This document shows, in pieces, positions 53,137 through 62,950 of a stretch of 64,000 bases of DNA (the stretch's first letter is position 1; each line of letters opens with the position of its first letter). The notes under the pieces are model-generated. The model was not told the DNA's origin, did no database searches, and saw only the letters and a list, made by a program, of their open reading frames with translations. This DNA comes from Terriglobia bacterium. GTDB lineage: Bacteria > Acidobacteriota > Terriglobia > 20CM-2-55-15. The stretch covers positions 1,056,001 to 1,120,000 of the forward strand of contig CBDAOY010000008.1 of the NCBI GenBank assembly GCA_965198225.1, in the 5' to 3' direction. Position numbers and translations under genes: made by a program.

Positions 53137-53511
53137 TTACGGGTGTCCCACATGCTGTCCTTGAGCTCGGCCGTTACCGTTGCGATATTCTCTGGGTGTA
53201 ATCCTATTTTCCCGTTTGAACGCTATCGAGAAGTATCGAAGATCGCGATAGCCGAGCCTGTCTGAAATCTCAGAGACTCTCAGGTCTGTCGATTGAAGCA
53301 GTATCTGGGCGATTCGTAGCTTGACTCGCAGTCGGGCCTGCCTGAAGGAGGTTCCGTGTAGACGCTTAAACTCGTGTGAGAAACGGCTTGGACTGACGCT
53401 GAGTAGTTCGGCAGCTTCTTCTTGGCTCAGATTCCCGTAAGTTGTTATCAGCGCCGTGAAGACTTCTTCGAGACGTTCATCGCAGTCCACAAGCTGCAGA
53501 GTGAGTTCCAT
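53137..53511 (-). CDS. AraC-family HTH regulator
   Basis: AQILLQSTDLRVSEISDRLGY...YFSIAFKRENRITPREYR. Confidence 0.85.
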   Translation of the reverse strand: MELTLQLVDCDERLEEVFTALITTYGNLSQEEAAELLSVSPSRFSHEFKRLHGTSFRQARLRVKLRIAQILLQSTDLRVSEISDRLGYRDLRYFSIAFKRENRITPREYRNGNGRAQGQHVGHP

Positions 53512-53657
53512 GCAGCTACTCCCTGCACGAAGACCCCCAGCGTGTAAGGTCCACAGATGTGCGTAGTTAGCTTCTTGGCCTCAGTGGTCACTTCAAAACC
53601 GGCCAACGATGGTCACTTCAAAACCGGCCAACGGGGATGGCCCGGGACGGTGTTGTT

Positions 53658-54413
53658 CTACCTCTTTGGGACTGGACTCGGCAAGCCCGTTTTAGTCCTC
53701 CAACTCCGAGGGCCGCATTTGAGGATGTGGCCGTGATGGAGCAGCCGGTCCAGCATGGCTGTGACGGCGGCGCTATCACCCAGTAGTTTTCCCCAGTCTT
53801 GGACGGGTCGATTCGATGTCAGTAACGTACTGGTCCGTTCATAGCGTCGCATCACGATCTCGAGGAGTTCCTCTGCTGCAGTGGGAGGAAGCTTCCGCAT
53901 CCCCAGATCGTCGATGATCAGCAGCGGGACCGTCGCCAAAGCTTCCATGCACTCCTTTCGGGTACCGTCAATGGTGGCTTCGGCGATGTCGTCGAGAAGC
54001 GCATGAGTTTCACGGTAGACGACCCGATAGCCCTGCTCAATGGCAGCCAAGCCGATGGCCTGAGCCAGATGACTCTTGCCGGTGCCAGGAGGACCGAGAA
54101 ACAAGGCATCGTCGTGCCTGGAGATGAAGGCGCCCGTCGCCAGGTCGAAGACCAGACTACGATTCATCTTCTTGTTGAAAGTAAAGTCGAAGGAGTCGAG
54201 CGTCTTCTGGGGATCGCGGAACCGGGCCTGTTTCCGACGCCGTTCCAACAACCGGATGCTGCGACGGTCCAGTTCATCCGAGACCAGACGAGAGACCAAG
54301 TCGATCGGCGCCATGGCTTCGGTCTGGGCCTGGTGGAGGCGTGTTTCCAACACCTCGGCAATGCCGCCGAGCCGGAGTTGTCGGAGAGCCCGCTGGAGTT
54401 CGATCAGATTCAT
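53658..54413 (-). CDS. istB: IS21 helper ATPase IstB
   Basis: GPPGTGKSHLA, LLIIDDLG, TSNR, MLDRLLHH. Confidence 0.95.
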   Translation of the reverse strand: MNLIELQRALRQLRLGGIAEVLETRLHQAQTEAMAPIDLVSRLVSDELDRRSIRLLERRRKQARFRDPQKTLDSFDFTFNKKMNRSLVFDLATGAFISRHDDALFLGPPGTGKSHLAQAIGLAAIEQGYRVVYRETHALLDDIAEATIDGTRKECMEALATVPLLIIDDLGMRKLPPTAAEELLEIVMRRYERTSTLLTSNRPVQDWGKLLGDSAAVTAMLDRLLHHGHILKCGPRSWRTKTGLPSPVPKR

Positions 54414-56049
54414 GAGTGTTCCTGCTCCTGGATTTTGAGGTTGATGAGATCGCGATACTGAGTCAGTTCGCGAATGAGAGGATCGACCTGACGCAGGGCG
54501 AGTGGAGGTCGCCGCTCCAGATAGCGGCGGACGAAACGATACTCGTAGACGTGGAGTTCCAGTGCCGCAGCCGAAGCATCCTCCACGGCGGAGACACCGT
54601 ACTTCTTGGCCAGGGAGAGCACACCCAGGATGCGGCGGACCGCAGCTTCCCCTTGTCGGCGGTGAATGGCGTCACAGAGTGTGCCGATGTGGGTGCCAGC
54701 GCGGCGGGCTCGGGCCAGCAGTTGCACCGTCGTTAACGGGGTTTTCTTCGGGTTGTCTTCAGCACGGACACGGTATCCACCCCGCTTCTGGCGGACATGC
54801 TCGCGGAGGAGTGGATAGGTGTTTGGGTCCAGGATCCGGACGTGAAGCGTGTCCCACTGGACCTTGACACCCCGTCCGATCCAGCCCGGCGGTACACTGT
54901 AATAGGCGGCTTCGACTTCGACGCAACCGTCGAGATGGACGACACGTTCACCGAATTGGTAATAGCGAAACGGTTCGATCGGCAGCGGCTTAAGAGATGG
55001 TTTCTCTTCGGCGAACATGGCCGCCACCTGCCGCTTGGTCGTGCCGTGGATGCGGGTGTCGGCCCATCGGACTTCCCAGCGATCCAGATACCCCTGGGCC
55101 TGGTCGAGGCTCTCGAAGCGCTGTCCCTTCAATGGGGTCTTCTGGGCGTGCCCGACACCGGATTCGACTTTGCCTTTGCGGTCTGGATCGCGCACCCGGC
55201 ATGGCATGGCCACCACGCCGTAATGGGTCAGGACATCTCGAAACAACGGATTCAGGGTGGGGTCGTAATGGTCCGGGACGATCACGCCTTCGCGCAGGTT
55301 ATCCAGCACGATGAGGCGGGGAGTGCCGCCGAGTCGGCGGAACGCGGTCTCGTGCAACTGGGCCCAGATGCGGGAACTGGACTTGAACGTCAGCAGCCGG
55401 ACCGATTTGCGGCTGTAGCCCAACGTCATCACGAACAGCCGCGTCCGTCGGTACTTGCCCGTCTTCGGATCCCGGACCATCGGTCCGGTCCCGTAGTCGA
55501 CCTGCGCTTCCTCTCCAGCTCCGGTCTGGATGATTCCGACCGCTTCCGGGGATCGCACTCCCCGGAGTTTGCGAACGAAACGCTTGACCGATTCGTAGCT
55601 GCCGACAAAACCGTGATCCGTGACCAGGTCCTGCCAGATCGCCATCGCGTTGCGGCCACGCTCCAGCGCCTGTTGGATGGTCTCCCGGTACGGCTCGCAG
55701 GAACTGCCCGACGGTGGGCTTGGAGGGGGAGCCGACGACTCTGCCGAGACCGGATTCTCGGCCTCCGGGTCGGTGGTCACTTCGTTGGCCGGTTTTGAAG
55801 TATCGGAACCGCCAAACCCCTTTTGACACCATTTACGCCGTCCGGGTCGGTGGTCACCTCGTTGGCCGGTTTTGCCGGTCGCCGGCCCCAACTCCCGGGC
55901 GGCCGAATGGGGATTCCGGCCGCTCTCAGATACGCACTGGCCGTCTCACGACGCACGCCGGTGGTCTGTTCGATCCGACGCAGCGGCCATCCAAGCCGCC
56001 CCAATGCAACAACTTGCTCTCTCTTTTCTGTGCTCAAGACATTGCTCAT
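54410..56049 (-). pseudogene. istA: IS21 transposase IstA, split by a frameshift ~55820
   Basis: HTH ORF 55777-56049 plus DDE ORF (AQVDYG, LDNLRE, KGKVE, IHGTT). Confidence 0.88.
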
Positions 56050-56291
56050 GCCGACGGAGCCTGTTTCGGCTTCCCGTCGGTGTCAATGTCCCGGGCTTAT
56101 CTATGTTCGTTGGCCGGTTTTCAGGTGACCACCATTGGCCGGTTTTGGGTGACCGCCGAGGCTTGGCGGCGTCAATGTGTTTTGGGAAGCGCGACTAAGA
56201 AACGCGTTTGGTGACACTTTTCTGAATTCCGTGGAGACTACTCATCATCGCTGCCGAGACTGCTTCGCTTTCTCTTTCGCGGCGAGTTTCT

Positions 56292-56642
56292 GTGATGCCG
56301 GGCAAGGATTCGCTCCAGGCATACGTCTTCTTAAGGTTGGATGGGTGTGTTAAACGCCAATTTGACGACAACGAAGGTAATGCGTGGGGTTACACCTTCG
56401 GGAAGCGGTATACAGACCGCTTCGGCGGAACGTCGGCTGCCACCGCAATCGTTTCCGGCGTTGCCGCGCTAGTCTTGTCCGCCAATCCCTCCCTTAAAGC
56501 CTACGACGTCAAGAATATCCTCAGAGACACCGCAGATTCGGTGGTGCATCCGGTCAATCCTCAACAATGGATGGGCTACGGAAAAGTCAATGCCGCCAAG
56601 GCGGTAGCTTCCGCCGCCGCTCTGAGAAAAACTCGCAACTAA
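56292..56642 (+). pseudogene. subtilase (S8) C-terminal fragment
   Basis: FGGTSAATAIVSGVAAL, GYGKVNA; no catalytic Asp/His region. Confidence 0.75.
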
Positions 56643-56674
56643 CTTTAGAGAAGCACAACCGAAAGGAGAAAACC

Positions 56675-57136
56675 ATGATTGACCAATTGACGGCAGCAAC
56701 GATTGAAGAGGATCAGTACGAACAGTTCATCGGTTCCGCAAGCCCAGAAGAGTACAGCCAATATGTGGATAGGTTCATTACCTATCTCCTTGTTGCCTTC
56801 GGCATTGGCGTGGGCCATGGAGGGAGAGGCCCAGCGCCAAACATTGATCCCCGAGCCGTAGAAGAATTGGAGTGGTACTACAAGGCACGATTTAGCGGCA
56901 AGATGAAGCAAGCCCAGTTCCAACCCACGCCAGACCGGCAGCGATACCTGTGGGAGCATGCCATGATGATGGGGCAGGCGGCACGAGGTAACGCGGATGA
57001 AGCGCAACTTGACCAGATCACAAGCGAAACGATGATTCTGGCGCGAGAGCACGTGGAGGACCGAGGTCGTGCCCTGGCCGACCGCTTTAGCAGAAGGTAC
57101 AACGGCGCGCGGCCTGTAGACTATTGGTGTTTCTGA
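56675..57136 (+). CDS. hypothetical helical protein (possible histone-fold-like)
   Basis: RBS AAGGAG; 153 aa; ends in WCF. Confidence 0.6.
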   Translation: MIDQLTAATIEEDQYEQFIGSASPEEYSQYVDRFITYLLVAFGIGVGHGGRGPAPNIDPRAVEELEWYYKARFSGKMKQAQFQPTPDRQRYLWEHAMMMGQAARGNADEAQLDQITSETMILAREHVEDRGRALADRFSRRYNGARPVDYWCF

Positions 57137-57744
57137 GTTGCGCTTCGTTCGTCCCTCGTGACGTCATTACGGGCCGTAGCTCCTTGAATCCCGATCTCCG
57201 AGTCCTTGTTCTCGCGGCGCTGCACACTGGATTTCGGCGAAAGGAACTGTGTTCGCTGAAATGGTCAGCTGTGGATTTGGTTCACGGGACCGCCACCGTT
57301 GAAAGTTGCTATTCTAAGAATGGTGACGCCAGGACAGTTCCGCTGACGGACGATCTGGCCCACGCGCTCCGGTGCCTGAAGGACGAACGGGGGACCACGC
57401 CCGAGGGACATGTCTTCACCCGCGATGGGCGGCCCTGGAAGCATTGGAGGAAGTCCTTCAACACTGCGCTCAAGGCCGCTGGCATCACGGATTTTCGCTG
57501 GCATGATCTGAGACACACCTACGGATCGTGGCTGGCCATGAACAACGTCAACGACAAGGGCCGGATGGAATTGATGGGGCACAAGGACCACAAGATGACG
57601 CTCCGATACACGCACCTGTCCCCGGCTTACAAGCGGCAGGCTGTCGCCGGTTTGCCGCAGTTCGGCAAGAGCGTCCTGGAGGCCGAGTCCCCACGAATCT
57701 CCCCATTGGCCGAAGAAGCGAAAGTGGTAAACTTCGGTAAGTAG
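57124..57744 (+). pseudogene. tyrosine integrase, catalytic C-terminal domain only
   Basis: TGFRRKEL, SKNG, HDLRHT, MGH, RYTH; N-terminal domains missing; abuts the tRNA. Confidence 0.85.
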
Positions 57745-57762
57745 GTGATTTTGATAGATTAT

Positions 57763-57833
<71 letters not shown>

Positions 57834-57991
57834 TTTCCTGACAGGAAATGAACTAGACTTTTTTGCATGCACTGTTCCCGCGAGACGTGTCCCGGGAGCA
57901 GTGCGGCAGCTCATGTCGCGAAGCGGTAAGTACCCTTCCTTCTTGTCGACCTGTGGCTCGTCGCCCCTGCGCGGGTCAGGCAGACCCAACC

Positions 57992-58124
57992 GCCTCGAGC
58001 GGATCACATCACCCCACGATCTTGATACTCGTCGCTACCGTTTCGCGGACGTCGACCCAAGCCTCGAGCGGATCACATCACCCCACGATCTTGATACTCG
58101 TCGCTACCGTTTCGCGGACGTCGA
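57992..58124. repeat. tandem duplication, 64-bp identical unit with 69-bp period
   Basis: gcctcgagcggatcacatc...gcggacgtcga at 57992 and 58061. Confidence 0.85.
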
Positions 58125-58632
58125 AAGGTCACTGACGAGGCAGCCCCGAAGTTTCAGAGAACTGACATACGTGGCAGGCTGTCTGCCATTCCGTCAGCGG
58201 GAAGCGACATCTACTGCACACACGGTCCGCGTACTTGGCGTTTCGTATCGCTTCCTGCTTTGCTGAAACGAGTCGGCTGAGGCGGCAGTTCCGGACTTGT
58301 GTCTCCGTAGGCGGAGGCGGGGGTGGCTGGGGATCGCCCCCGTACATTCGGGGCAGGTCGTCGGGCTCCGGCACGTTAAGCGCGATGCAGTGGCCGGCCA
58401 GGGCGCGTCGTACTGCATCGTCATCGCTGGGCAGAAGTGCACTTCCCTGGAGCAGGTGCTGCACGAACGGATCAGCGGATCACGTGTCTCTCCGAGGACC
58501 TGTCAATTTATCGGACAGAGTTTCCGAAACGCCACGGGACAGTTCTGGATTCCTTCCTCAGTCTTCACTGCTCTAGCCGGGTAGCCAAGGGGCCGGTTGG
58601 ACTAACCAAGCCTGTCCAACCATGCATCCAAC

Positions 58633-58800
58633 TCAGCTCATCGTTGGATGTCTCTCGTGCCAGGGTGTCGCCTGCTCGTAAGCGTAGCCCAACCTCAGGA
58701 TTCCAGCCTCGTCATACGGGGCGCCAACCAGCTGGATGCCCATCGTTACGTTCTCCGTGAATCCGCTCTGAACCGAAACTGCCGGCAAACCGGACTGGAC
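58633..58800 (-). pseudogene. amidase (GatA-like) C-terminal fragment
   Basis: GLPAVSV..GF...GIQLVG...DEA..LRLGYAYEQATPWH. Confidence 0.7.
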
Positions 58801-59004
58801 GCCCAAAGGAATCAGGTGACGCCGAGTAAATGATTCAGAGGGGAAGCTTCCGATCTTGAAAGCCGGGAACGGCAGACCAGGCCGATCGAGCGGTGCGGGG
58901 TTGCGTGAATCAAACTCTGAATCTGTCCCGGTTCCTTGAATCCGGGAACCGTTGCCCTGGCTGCTCAGCTCAGACCTCATCTCACCTCCGTCAATGATGG
59001 CTTC

Positions 59005-59992
59005 TCACTGGTTCTTCGCCTCGACCCTCGCGACGAACTCCTCATCTGTCAGCATCGCCCCGATCGGCGTGTCCGAGACGGGGGCCGCTGTCATCGAGCC
59101 CCACATGAGCTGGAAGTAAGCAGCATCTGCTTCCCGAGCACTGTGAAACGAAGACACGGCGCTGTCTTTGTCACCCAGCAGGTACTGCACGAACCCGGAG
59201 TACCAATAACCCTCGACCGTCGGTGGGGCGTATTGAAGGACCCGCTCTCCCGTTCCCTGCATTTCTGTCGCGTCGTCTTGGAAGGCGGCCAGCATGAATC
59301 TGTTCGAGTGGTTCAGAAAAAGGTTTCCGTCCAGCAGTCTCCTCAGCTCCGCAAAAGGGTCCGGGTGATCATCGACGTTGACGAGGATGTATCGGTCGTC
59401 GTCAATTCCGCGGCCTGCGCCCTTCTTCACGACCAGAATCGAGGCCGATTGTCGTCCCCTCCGATCACCTCCGGCATCATCACCGGCTTTGAGAGCCGCA
59501 TACAATCGTTCCGCCAATTCCCCGGTCGTGGCTTCGAATGCTTCCGCCATGGCATCGACCACCTCTGGACCCACCAGGGTGTTTCCCTGGACCGAATACG
59601 TCTCACCCTTTCTGTCGCCGGCCCACTCGGGTTCCGTGCCAGAACGAACCGCGACATTGCCCCGGGCATCGATAATCGCCACCTGCCTCATGTCCTTGCC
59701 GGGGAATACATCCTCTTCCACGAGCTTGTCGAGCACTTCCTGGGCGGTGAGCCCCTGCTTGAGCAACTCGAGACCTCGACGGACCATACCCAACATTGAC
59801 CGAAGCCTGCGTCGCAATTGCTCCCACGTCGGCGTCGGCCCAGGGAACCACCGCTCCCACGGCGAAGTACCTGGAGGCCACTGCGACACCGAGTTCGCCG
59901 GTTTCTGGGTCGATGGCCACGATCGAGAAGGTCGCAAAGAGTGGCTCAGCTACGAGAAGTAGGAGCACCAAAGCAAAGAGTGATCGCTTCAT
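59005..59992 (-). pseudogene. DUF1028 (Ntn-hydrolase-like) exported protein, frameshift ~59780
   Basis: Signal + TFSIVA.D...GVAVAS in one frame; RQVAIID, VQGNTL, GGDRRGRQSA, VDDHPDP in another. Confidence 0.8.
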
Positions 59993-60259
59993 CGCTTCCT
60001 CCGTTTCCTGTCGTGGTGTCCAGACGTGGGGATCATGGGGTCATCGAGGGAACGTTCACACGGTGGTTGCCCACAACACATGCAATAGCGGTCCGTCGCC
60101 ATGTCTGGGGAAAACTTGCGTAAATAGTAAGAGAGGACGGGGTTGGCGTCAACGAACCCGTGGCACGCTCTTTTGACATCGCAATCGTTTCGGTGCTTTA
60201 CTCGATCAGCATCTCTTTGTACAGCCGTGCCGGTGGATCTGGAGGACAAAGAAAACTCG

Positions 60260-60553
60260 ATGAAACAGGAAGACCAACCTTCACTTTCCGATTACGAGCC
60301 ACCGGTCGTTAAATCGCCGATTCACGAAGACGATGATCGGTTATTCGTCCCACGGGAGGAACGGAAAGGGTGGAAGCTCAACTGGCGGCGACCCGACGCC
60401 TGGCTCATAGCGGCTGCGTTTGTGCTGGTATTCCTGCCCCGTTCCCTCGAACCCGAGTTTGCCAGAGACCTCATGCCGTACGCACGTCTGCTGGTTTTCG
60501 TGGTCATGGCGTACCTCTTTATCCGAGGGGTTCAGGGCGGCGACACGGACTGA
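60260..60553 (+). CDS. small membrane protein
   Basis: Two hydrophobic segments; GGAGG upstream. Confidence 0.5.
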   Translation: MKQEDQPSLSDYEPPVVKSPIHEDDDRLFVPREERKGWKLNWRRPDAWLIAAAFVLVFLPRSLEPEFARDLMPYARLLVFVVMAYLFIRGVQGGDTD

Positions 60554-60847
60554 GTCCCTCCTCGGTCGCGTGCCGTCCTTGACTGTCCGGGTTGATGCGA
60601 TCGGCTTCGCCTGAACTACAAAAAAATGCGCGGCAGACGGTGAGCAACCGCAAGCCGCGCGTGAGGTACGTAACTGGTCGTAGGATACGATTCGGCGCGA
60701 CCAGAACTGGTCCCGGTGCTTTCTTCTGTATCGTCTGCAGAAGACCCCTCGATGGCCTTGTCCGACACGCACCAAGCACACGCCGAATTCCGGTTGAAGA
60801 AGGCATGTCCTTTGGCTAGAGTTCAAACATCCCTTGAGAGAGGAGAC

Positions 60848-61054
60848 ATGGTGTCTCAGTTCAGTGTCGGCGATCGCGTTCGTGTCCCCCACCCAAACCC
60901 GAGCACGGAAACCGAAGCGGGAGTCGTTATCGATGTGCCTGACAGTCGAGTCCCCGCTCAGGACGAGCGCCTCGAACCGGTCCGCGTCTACATCATCAAG
61001 TTGGAAAGCGGTCTGGTCCGTCGATACACGGGCGGCGAAATCGAGGCGGAATAA
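60848..61054 (+). CDS. small hypothetical protein (SH3-like beta composition)
   Basis: RBS GAGGAG; FSVGDRVRV. Confidence 0.55.
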   Translation: MVSQFSVGDRVRVPHPNPSTETEAGVVIDVPDSRVPAQDERLEPVRVYIIKLESGLVRRYTGGEIEAE

Positions 61055-61056
61055 CG

Positions 61057-61281
61057 ATGGACTCCATACGCGTGAAGACACGTGCCGAACACAGGGCGGA
61101 CGAACGTCCCATCGAATTCGAACTCGACGGCAGGAGCCACCGCGTTCAGAACGTCGAGGCCCAGTGGCGCACCCCCGAAGCAGAGTACTTCCGAGTCCGG
61201 GCAGGAACTTCCACGCTCTTCACTCTCAAACATCTGATCTCGTCCGACACCTGGTCGGTACGGTCCGTAGAGTCGTTCTGA
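61057..61281 (+). CDS. small hypothetical protein
   Basis: Coupled to the upstream ORF; ERP..F...QW.TP...YFRV. Confidence 0.55.
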   Translation: MDSIRVKTRAEHRADERPIEFELDGRSHRVQNVEAQWRTPEAEYFRVRAGTSTLFTLKHLISSDTWSVRSVESF

Positions 61282-61326
61282 AGAAACGGTGGCCGAAGGC
61301 CGCTTGGGTGCCCACCAGAGTCGATC

Positions 61327-62730
61327 CTAGTTCGACGCCGCAACCTCCAGAACCGTGCGGTACATGAACTCCAGCAGTATCCCGAGACCTTCGATGCTTA
61401 CGCGTTCATCGTTGCCGTGGGCCCTCGCGTCCTGATCGTCCGACGCCGCCTCACCGATCCCATAGGTTGGAACTCCTGCGGCCCGTAATTGAGCGGAATC
61501 CGAGGCGCCTGTGCTCATCGTCGGAAGCGTGATTGCGCCGGGGAACATCTGGGACTGGACCTTTTCGATCGCCCGGAACAGGTCCGTGCCCAGCGGTGAC
61601 GGAGGAGCCGCCGGGCGCCCGCTCGAAGGCGGGACGATCTCGATGGCGGGGTCGTCGACGACCCGTGCCAGCGTCGAGAGAAACTCCTCCTGGTTCTCGT
61701 CGGGCAGCGCGCGGACGTCAAGCGTCGCTTCGGCTTCACCCGGAATCACGTTATACCGAAAACCTCCGGTGATGATGTTGGGCGAGATTCCCGTTCTCAG
61801 GTAGGAATTCGAATAGAAATCCTCGTTCCGGAACTTTTCTTCGATGATCGGTCCCAGCACCGGGTCTTCGATGTTCGCGAAGAGAAAGGCCTGGTCGGGC
61901 GGGCTGATTTCCGCCATTCGTTTGAAGTACTCCCGGGTGGTTTCGTTCAGCCGCATCGGCATCTGGTGCCGACCCAGTTTGGCGACGGCCTCGGCGATGT
62001 GAACGACGGCGTTGTCGGGACGTGGTCGGGAACCGTGGCCGGAAACACCTCGTGCGATCAGCTTGATCCCCCGCCAGATCGCTTTTTCCGCAGTAGTTAC
62101 CTTGACAAGGTCGACCCTACCGTGGGTGATGTGGATGTCGCCGCCTTCGTTGAGCGCGAACTCGGCATCGATCTTGTCGAGGTGATGTTCCACCATGTAA
62201 TCGATGCCCCATTGCGTCGTACCTTCTTCGCCGGCCTCGATCAGCAGGATGATGTCTCGATCGAGGGCGATGTCCGCCCGTTTGATCATCAACATCATCT
62301 GGATCGCCGCCGCGATCATTCCCTTGTCGTCGGCCGCGCCACGGCCATAGACAAAACCGTCCTTGATCGTCGCTTCGAACGGGTCCAGGGTCCACTGGTC
62401 CCGGTCGACCCCGACGACGTCGGAATGCCCCATGATGAGGATCGGCCTCTTGCTTCCGTTGCCTGCAAGCCGGGCGACGAGGTTCCCCCTCTCTGGATCG
62501 AGCGCGTAGATCTCACCGGGAATGCCCTCCTTCTCAAGCATTTCCTCCGCATATTCGGCCACCAGGGTCTCGTTACCAGGCGGGTTGGAGGTGTCGAGCC
62601 GGACCAGGTCCTGCAGTATGGCAACCGTGTCGTCCAGCGCGGCATCGAAGTCGGGAACCTGCGCCTGCACCGGCGTTGAGGCCAGCACAAGCGCGAGGAT
62701 AATCAGCGATATTCTTGGCAGCATGGGCAA
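61327..62730 (-). CDS. M20/M25/M40-family metallopeptidase
   Basis: GHSDVV, YGRGAADDKG, AGEE, GHGS, AHGNDER; signal peptide. Confidence 0.92.
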   Translation of the reverse strand: MPMLPRISLIILALVLASTPVQAQVPDFDAALDDTVAILQDLVRLDTSNPPGNETLVAEYAEEMLEKEGIPGEIYALDPERGNLVARLAGNGSKRPILIMGHSDVVGVDRDQWTLDPFEATIKDGFVYGRGAADDKGMIAAAIQMMLMIKRADIALDRDIILLIEAGEEGTTQWGIDYMVEHHLDKIDAEFALNEGGDIHITHGRVDLVKVTTAEKAIWRGIKLIARGVSGHGSRPRPDNAVVHIAEAVAKLGRHQMPMRLNETTREYFKRMAEISPPDQAFLFANIEDPVLGPIIEEKFRNEDFYSNSYLRTGISPNIITGGFRYNVIPGEAEATLDVRALPDENQEEFLSTLARVVDDPAIEIVPPSSGRPAAPPSPLGTDLFRAIEKVQSQMFPGAITLPTMSTGASDSAQLRAAGVPTYGIGEAASDDQDARAHGNDERVSIEGLGILLEFMYRTVLEVAASN

Positions 62731-62811
62731 GAGTCTCCTTCTTGGGAAGGCTGGTTGATCCGAACAATGAGCTTATTTCAGACGGCAGGACGGGTCAAAC
62801 CGGAACCAACA

Positions 62812-62880
62812 GTGTAGGTGCGGTCTATGACCGCACACGTACCGAAACTGAAGAATGTGCGGTCATAGACCGCACCTACA
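62812..62880. repeat. perfect inverted REP pair
   Basis: gtgtaggtgcggtctatgaccgcac...gtgcggtcatagaccgcacctaca. Confidence 0.85.
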
Positions 62881-62950
62881 GGCCAAAGGTGATGGGACCG
62901 GAAGAATGCTCTTAGGAAATTGAATCGATTCAAACATAAGTGCCTTGGTT

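Larger units (their letters stand above)
53579..56161 (-). mobile_element. IS21-family insertion sequence
   Basis: Terminal IRs with tandem GGTCAC..AAAACCGGCCAA units; 5-bp target duplication CTTGG (53574-53578, 56162-56166). Confidence 0.92.

Noticed and set aside
55817-55824. Programmed -1 frameshift in istA
   Set aside because: The AAAAGGGG run is not a canonical X XXY YYZ heptamer in the upstream frame; a mutation or error is equally likely.
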